From: Eledone cirrhosa
Lineage: Eukaryota
Direction: 5' to 3'
DNA length: 64,000 bases
Assembly (NCBI GenBank): GCA_964016885.1
Contig: OZ024740.1
Location: 326,988,001 to 327,052,000 of the forward strand
In this document: positions 54,452 through 64,000 of the stretch, piece after piece
Numbering within the stretch: the stretch's first letter is position 1
Layout of the letters: each line of letters opens with the position of its first letter
Notes under the pieces: model-generated
Databases searched by the model: none
What the model saw: the letters and a program-made list of their open reading frames with translations, nothing else
Told to the model about the DNA's origin: nothing
Position numbers and translations under genes: made by a program

Positions 54452-55112
54452 TCAGGATATTGATTCTTTCTTCAATGCATAGCCGATAACACGGATTCCT
54501 ATTTCCGTGTGGCTTTGATTTAGTAATAACTTACCATTGAATGGAGTAATGCGCACCTGCGTCCTTGAGGGATCACATGTAGCTTGCGCGCTTTGTGGAC
54601 GATCGTTTGTCCGGGTGTCTGAATGTCGACAATGATTCAGGAAGCGTTCTTTAGACCGGCCCTCTGCCATACCTACAAATATTTGACCTCTTGTTGATTT
54701 GGTCGGTTAGAAGTGACTACAGCTTCGTAAATTACAGCGGGTGTGTTGCACTGTTGTTGAAGGAGACAAGTTCAGGCCTTCGGCAAGAGCATCCTGGTGA
54801 GGTTCTGCTCTTAGGGTTGTTGGTGACGTGTACTTCATATTCTTAGCACAGAAGTATCCTAGTTTCACCCTGTGTCTGTTAAAGATGGAGCGTTATTTAT
54901 GACCTATGGGGAAATGCCTATCTAAGAGACCTACATTAGTTTTAACGTAGAGTGAGAAGGGGGGGGGGGGGAGTAGAACGAAATTATTTTTCTGCTAGCA
55001 CGATTTCTTTCTCTATTGCTGTTGGCGTTAAGTGGGGTGTTAGCAATTGATTGTGAGAAGCCGCTATTAGCTAACGACGCGCTGTAATAGGGTGCCGCTC
55101 TGTCAACGATGT
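54452..55112 (-). pseudogene. Penelope-like C-terminal (thumb/linker plus GIY-YIG) remnant, second PLE lineage
   Basis: AAPYYSASLANSGF, RKIISFYSPP..FSLYVKTNVG, LLDRHFP.GHK..SIFNRHRVKLGYFCAKNM, CSCRRP..QCNTPAVIYEA, FVGMAEGRSKERFLNH. Confidence 0.8.
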
Positions 55113-55174
55113 ATATATATAATAATGATTTCTTTATTTCATTATTTATTTATTTATTATATATATATATAATA

Positions 55175-55428
55175 ATGGTTTCTTATATAGGCACAAGGCC
55201 AGCAATTTTGGGAGAGGGGAAAGTCAATTAAGTCGACCCCAATGCGTGGCTGGTACTATATTCTATGGACCCCGTAAGGATGGAAGGCAAAGTTAACCTC
55301 GGTGGGATTTGAACTCAGTTCATAAAGGGCCGTAACTCTATGCTGCAAAGCATGGTCTCTGACGTTCTACCGATACTGCCAATGACCCTACTACTACTAC
55401 TACTACTACTACTAATAATAATAATATT

Positions 55429-55467
<39 letters not shown>

Positions 55468-55898
55468 TGTTTCTACTTTTGGCACAAGGCCAGCAATTAC
55501 CCAGTGCATTGCTGGTACTTTATTTTATCGACCCCGTAAGGATGAAAGGCAAAGTCAACCTCGGCGGGATTTGAACTCAGATCGTAAAGGGACGTAACTA
55601 TGCTGGAAAGCATGGTGTCAGACCCTCTACCGATACTGCCAATCCACCGCAATTATAATGGTTTCATTTATTGGCCAATATTTATAATAATTATTAATAA
55701 AAACAATAATTGTTTCTACTTTTGGCACAAGGTCAGCAATTACTCCAGTACATTACTGGTATTTTATGTTATCGACCCCGTAAGGATGAAAGGCAAAGCT
55801 AATCTCGGCGGGATTTGAACTCAGAACGTAAAGGGCCGTAACTCAATTCCTCGAAGCATGGTGTCTGACGCTCTACCAATACTGCCAATCAACCGCCG
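55175..55898 (-). mobile_element. Three head-to-tail tRNA-derived SINE copies
   Basis: About 55175-55383, 55463-55650 and 55708-55898, each the reverse complement of the dominant SINE, separated by (AAT)n-rich spacers. Confidence 0.88.
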
Positions 55899-56569
55899 AT
55901 AATAATAATAATAATGATGATAATAATAATAATAACAATAATAATAATTGTTATTGTTATTATTTTTGTATAAATAAATGAATAAATAAATAAATGTAAA
56001 AGAAATATGTACAGAGTGGGTTTCGTGTAATAAGATTTTTTTTTTATCGATTTCAGATAATACCAATATGGAAAGTAGAAATACGACGCACACACACACA
56101 CGCACATCTACACAAACAAACAAATAAACACGCTCACACTCATCTACACATACGCACACATAAACACACACATTCACACATATCTACACACAGACACAAA
56201 TATATAAATAAATATATATATATATATATATACATAAATACACAAACACATATATACACAAACACACATACATACTTAAGCAGATAATAAATAGGCACAC
56301 ACACACACACATACTTATACAATAAACATTACACATGTACATACGTATGTATGAAATAAACACATGCATACATCCAGTTATGCAGGCAATAAATATAACC
56401 ATATACACCTTTATGCCTACAATAAATGCACATACATGCATCATTGTGCACACAACACATTTATAAACACACACAAACCCACATATTTATACACACATAC
56501 AAACACAAATATTCATACACACATATAAACAAACACACATTTTAATATACATATACAATCAAACATATC

Positions 56570-58040
56570 TATACATACAAACACTTATATTCATACATAC
56601 ATACAAACACTTATATTCATACACACACACATACAAACACACATATTCATACATACAAACACTTATATTCATACATACAAACAAACATATTCATACACAC
56701 ACACATACAAACAAATTCATACATACATACAAACACTTATATTCATACATACATACAAACAAACATATTCATACACACATACAAACAAACATATTCATAC
56801 ATACATACAAACACTTATATTCATACATACATACAAACAAACATATTCATACACACATACAAACAAACATATTCATACATACAAACAAACATATTCATAC
56901 ACACATACAAACAAACATATTCATACACACATACAAACAATCATATTCATACATACATACAAACACTTATATTCATACATACAAACAAACATATTCATAC
57001 ACACATACAAACAAACATATTCATACATACATACAAACAAACATATTCATACATACAAACAAACAAACATATTCATACACACACACATACAAACATATTC
57101 ATACATACATACAAACAATCATATTCATACACACATACAAACACTTATATTCATACATACATACAAACAAACATATTTATACACACATACAAACAAACAT
57201 ATTCATACACACATACAAACAATCATATTCATACACACACACATACAAACATATTCATACATACATACAAACAATCATATTCATACACACATACAAACAC
57301 TTATATTCATACATACATACAAACAAACATATTCATACACACATACAAACAAACATATTCATACACACATACAAACAATCATATTCATACACACATACAA
57401 ACACTTATATTCATACATACATACAAACAAACATATTCATACACACATACAAACAAACATATTCATACACACATACAAACAATCATATTCATACACACAT
57501 ACAAACACTTATATTCATACATACATACAAACAAACATATTCATACACACATACAAACAAACATATTCATACATACATACAAACACTTATATTCATACAT
57601 ACATACAAACAAACATATTCATACACACATACAAACACTTATATTCATACATACATACAGACAAACATATTCATACATACATACAAACAAACATATTCAT
57701 ACACACATACAAACAAACATATTCATACACACATACAAACAAACATATTCATACATACAAACAAACATATTCATACACACATACAAACAAACATATTCAT
57801 ACACACATACAAACAAACATATTCATACATACAAACAAACATATTCATACACACATACAAACAAACATATTCATACACACATACAAACAAACATATTCAT
57901 ACACACATACAAACACTTATATTCATACACACATACATACAAACATATTCATACATACATACAAACACTTATATTCATACACACATACAAACACTTATAT
58001 TCATACACACATACATACAAACATATTCATACATACATAC
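56570..58040. repeat. Minisatellite, ~22-28 bp unit (ACAAACAAACATATTCATACACAC-like)
   Basis: Dozens of tandem variant units. Confidence 0.92.
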
Positions 58041-58286
58041 ATTGACATATTCCCCAACTCAGACAGACATTTACAAGTACACACATACACTGACTCATTC
58101 ATAAACACACACACACATAAATATACACACATATATATATAACTATGCATAAAACACAAAAGAAAACCCTGTATTCGCCATCCCCACCATCACCCCTCCC
58201 CCCAAACAATCAAACAAGAATGAAATGTTATAAAAAAAAAACCTTATCGAGGCAAAAAGACAGTCATATATTAAGTCGCCATATAG

Positions 58287-58324
58287 CATCATCATTATCA
58301 TCATCATCATCATCATTGTCGTCG

Positions 58325-58367
<43 letters not shown>

Positions 58368-58636
58368 TATCACTGTCATCGACATTCTTATCGTCATCCT
58401 CCTCCTCATCACCAACCCCAAAGTCGTCGTCGTCATTCGGAGTGTCATTGTCATTGTCATTGGTATCATGGGCATCATGATCGTCATCATCATCATCATC
58501 ATCATCATCATCGTCATTGTCATCATCATCATCATCGTCATCGTCATCATCATCGTCAGCGTCATCGTCATCATCATCATCATCATCATCGTCGTCGTCG
58601 TCGTCGTCATCATTTTCATCATCATTGTCATCGTCG

Positions 58637-58674
<38 letters not shown>

Positions 58675-58750
58675 GTAATTCTCATCATCATCATCATCCC
58701 TTCATCATCATTGTTGTTGTCGTCATCATCATCATCATCATCATCATCGT
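58287..58750. repeat. Imperfect (CAT)n/(CGT)n trinucleotide repeat
   Basis: Visible directly; produces poly-M/I/S pseudo-ORFs. Confidence 0.95.
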
Positions 58751-60673
58751 AATCAACATCATTCTCCCCTTTCGTCGTCGTTATTATCAGTGTCATATTC
58801 TTCGCCATCACTACCATCGTCTTCCAAAAAGAAAAGATGACATATTGATTAATGTCGTTCCATATACAATACGTTATAAAAATGGAATCGTCGCGGCTGG
58901 AATGCATCTCGTTATAGGACTACTTGGTTAGAATTAATCAGAGCTGAATAACAATCAGGTTATAGACAACAGTCGTTTCTTACAAGAGAAACCTTGATAA
59001 AAATGTCTGCCTTTGTGTTGTATCTATTACTGATTGACTGGGTAAGAAGTTTATAGGTAAAACTCTCGATAATCGTATGCCTATAGAAAAATCTTTTTAA
59101 ATATCGCTTTTTCAAACCAGATATACTTCAGGCCTAAGTTATCTTATATTCTATATTCTCTTCACCAAGTAGTTATCTATTAACCATCGCTCAACCTTCA
59201 ACATTATACACGTGTCCATCACCGCCAGCACATATATTTCCTCGCTCAACTTTAAATCCTTCCGGTAACCATCCCCAAACGAGCTCTTTAAATGCTCTTG
59301 CAATTAAGACCTGATAATTTAATGTTTCACCCGTACTAAAATGCAGACTTCACGTAGTCAAATAAAATAGATTCACACCACTATTTCTTTTCTCAGAGCT
59401 AAAGCCAACATTATTTAATAATGTTAAACCAAACATCATTTCCAAACAAAAATGGTGTCAAACATTTTGGGTTTGAATCTTTAGAACTAAGAAAGCTTTT
59501 TCAACAAGATTGTCAGATGCACTCAGCATTAAAGCATTGCTCATAAATTTACGATGATGACTTTCGTATGCAGCCCTCACCTCAACACATGCATTCTAAA
59601 TAGTACCAGAGAAAAATTTAGGAACCAGTTTTGGTGAAAATTTTATTGACTAATTCTATCCAATAATTCACCTGTCTATTCTTTCTGTATTTTCCACTAT
59701 AGTCAGCGATCTTTTAGTTGTTAAAGATGAATATCAAACAATGTAAACATCTGTAATTTACAGACACCATCCACATGAAAAACAATCGTTAAGCTTGTGT
59801 AAATATCTTGAATACATAAAGTTTTAAACAGCCAACTAGATATAAATAAGAAGAGAAAAAGCAATATTTTTCAGCAAGTTTAGAAAATCTCAGAGGGGTT
59901 TCAGTTTTGCTCCATAGACTTCTGCATGTAAGAGCACGGCTATGTTACGAAGATTAGGCCAGAATAAGACAAAAATATATCTTAATATATCTTCCATATT
60001 TGGCAGAAAATAACAAAAACTAAAATTAGACGTTGACAAATAGATGTTTTTCTGTCATCAGACATTCATTTCTAGTTAGATTTTTGTTAGTCCATGCATT
60101 AACTACATTAACGTTAATTTACCTGGGGTAATACATAATTCAACTCTGGAAATTTGCTATGAAATGATTATAATTTCTTTTCGTGCTTTTAGAGTAACTT
60201 ATAGCTACTAATGATTTCTGTAAGGAAACCACATCTTGAGGTCGGACGGACATATTGCCAAAGGGCGAACTCTAAATGTTCTGCAACTGAGGCAGAATGC
60301 AATTATGGTCGAAATCAATGACTTACGGTTGACTGATATTTCTGTCGCTAAATTCAGCCATTAACCTAAACTTATATCAGTATATTATATATGTTGTTTA
60401 CGAGGTACGATAAGAGGTAGAAACAGAATACGTAATTATTTAGTTAGATTTCTTTACGTTCAAATTCTAGTCTAGTCCAAGAGGATTTCTATTTTCTAGC
60501 AATCCAGCAGGGATTTATTCAGTTTATCATATAATTGGTTCTAGCGAGTGGGCTATCACCACGCTTGAGAGCCACGCACGTACCACACACACATCACACG
60601 CATACACAGAAACAGAGACACCCCCTCTCTCTATATATATATAGGTATGTATGCACAAACACACACACACACA

Positions 60674-61993
<1,320 letters not shown>

Positions 61994-62299
61994 CGCATAC
62001 AACTTATGTATATATCGTAAATACACAAATATACATGCTATTTCGCGAGAAGTACACTCCTAGTTTAGGTGTGATTTCTGTTTAGTTTCTCAAGACAGTA
62101 ACAAAATGCTAGTTTTCTAAACATTACTTCTTCTTGTATGCACTTAGTGGAGCCATGTCAGATCGATCCATCATTATGTTCAATTGTTCCTGGTTTTGTT
62201 ACTATAATTAATATTATTTGTATTTGATTTGTTTCTAATTATTTCTAATTATTATTATTATTATTATTTTCATACAGCAGTATGCATACATAACCATAC

Positions 62300-62845
<546 letters not shown>

Positions 62846-63414
62846 ATGTGTGAGAAAAAACAAAAGGATAGAAAGAAGTGGTAGATGTGTGTGTGTGTTT
62901 GTGTGAGAGTGTGTTAGTAAGGTGTGTGTGTTTGTGTGAGAGTGTGTTAGTAAGGTGTGTAACTACAGGAATGGATTTTTTCCGAAAACCTCCTCGAAAG
63001 CCAGACAAGGCAAGTCAAGATTCCAGAATTTTTATTAACGTTATTGTGCTGGAAATAATACGACCAATAACAATACAATATATATATAATAAAGAAGTCA
63101 ATCTAACGCAACACGACAAACTACTTAATTCCTCCACAAAATTGTTAATGTTGCTTGAAAATCTACTTTCTTCTTTCATTTTATATAGGCTTTGTTAATT
63201 ATTTTCGTTTCATTTTCTGAGGAGAGAGACCATTATGTATGTTCCGTCCAGTGAATATTGTACAAGTACAGCTTTGAAAAAGGAGTGGTTGAAGAATTGT
63301 GAATATATATAGAATGCACAAATACTATGTATATTTATTGCATGTATTCTGTGTTATGTAGAATCAATGGAAGCTTTTTTAATTCTTCATAACATTTACT
63401 TAATGAGTCTCATA

Positions 63415-63615
63415 ATATTGGCACAGGGCCAGCAATTTGGAGGAAGGAGAAAGTCGATTATATCAACCCCAGTACTTAACTGGTACTTTATTTTATCAAA
63501 ACCGGAAGGATGAAAGGCAAATTTGACCTCAGCGGGATTTGAACTCAGAACGTAGAAATTGTAACTAAATATAGCAAAGCATTTTATGCGACACTCTACC
63601 GATACTGCCAATTTA
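63415..63615 (-). mobile_element. tRNA-derived SINE
   Basis: Reverse complement of the dominant SINE. Confidence 0.82.
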
Positions 63616-63649
63616 CCATCCTCATATTTACTAAATAATAACGGGCCAA

Positions 63650-63885
63650 TGAGAGAGTCTTTGTTTGGTCGCTTGGCCTGCTAAGGTTGGCAGCCATATT
63701 TTCCTCAAACTGTACTTTAATATCTGAAATAAAGCAAGGATGCATTGCATAATGTGGGTCAGCTATATTGTTCTTTTAGAAAAAAGAAACAAAATATATA
63801 GATTGAATGGTCATGGTTTGAATGGCTTTAATCATCAGCCTGCTCAATTAGGGTCAACTTAGAGTTAAATAACAACAGCAACAAT
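63650..63885 (+). mobile_element. Second SINE family with (AAC)n tail
   Basis: ggtcgcttggcctgcta..gcagcca..tggtcatggtttgaatg..taacaacagcaac. Confidence 0.6.
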
Positions 63886-64000
63886 TTACTTAATAGCAAA
63901 GCCATTAAGTTCTAACTGTTGTGGTATCATGTCGGATGTAGTATTTGTTTTTGTTTAATCTCACCCTGGACCTGATCAAGCAGAACTATGATCAAAGACG

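Noticed and set aside
54370-54465. Long-stem II hammerhead after the PLE ORF (minus CTGAGGA..GAAA taccta TT)
   Set aside because: No stem I pairing; position is suggestive but fold unsupported
56570-58040. CRISPR-like array
   Set aside because: No unique spacers; low-complexity eukaryotic minisatellite
60647-60753. N-terminus of the 335-aa ORF
   Set aside because: Read-through of (ATCT)n into a truncated Tx1 fragment; not a real start

Overview
AT-rich, microsatellite-saturated animal DNA. The SINE families strongly resemble octopus/cephalopod repeats (inference). I found no host protein-coding exon, rRNA, true tRNA or CRISPR; nearly all listed ORFs are microsatellite artefacts. The window is a retroelement graveyard: decayed Penelope-like (PLE) RT and GIY-YIG fragments, a 5'-truncated R4/Dong-type RLE element in (ACAT)n, a Tx1-like 3' fragment in (ATCT)n, RTE and CR1/L2 remnants, many tRNA-derived SINEs, MITEs and Helitron-like ends. 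The main hidden signal is about 18 type I hammerhead ribozyme motifs (CTGANGA-stem II-GAAA-short, often palindromic stem III-TH, closed by stem I) from roughly ten unrelated sequence families, almost all in short non-coding elements inserted in (TA)n tracts. They occur as near-perfect foldback palindromes with back-to-back opposite-polarity hammerheads and unusual 90-99 nt stem II extensions (6081-6462, 51672-52009), as inverted-repeat-plus-tail elements, as a retrozyme-like direct-repeat element (6598-8147), and as solo pieces. All calls are by eye; coordinates of decayed repeats are approximate.
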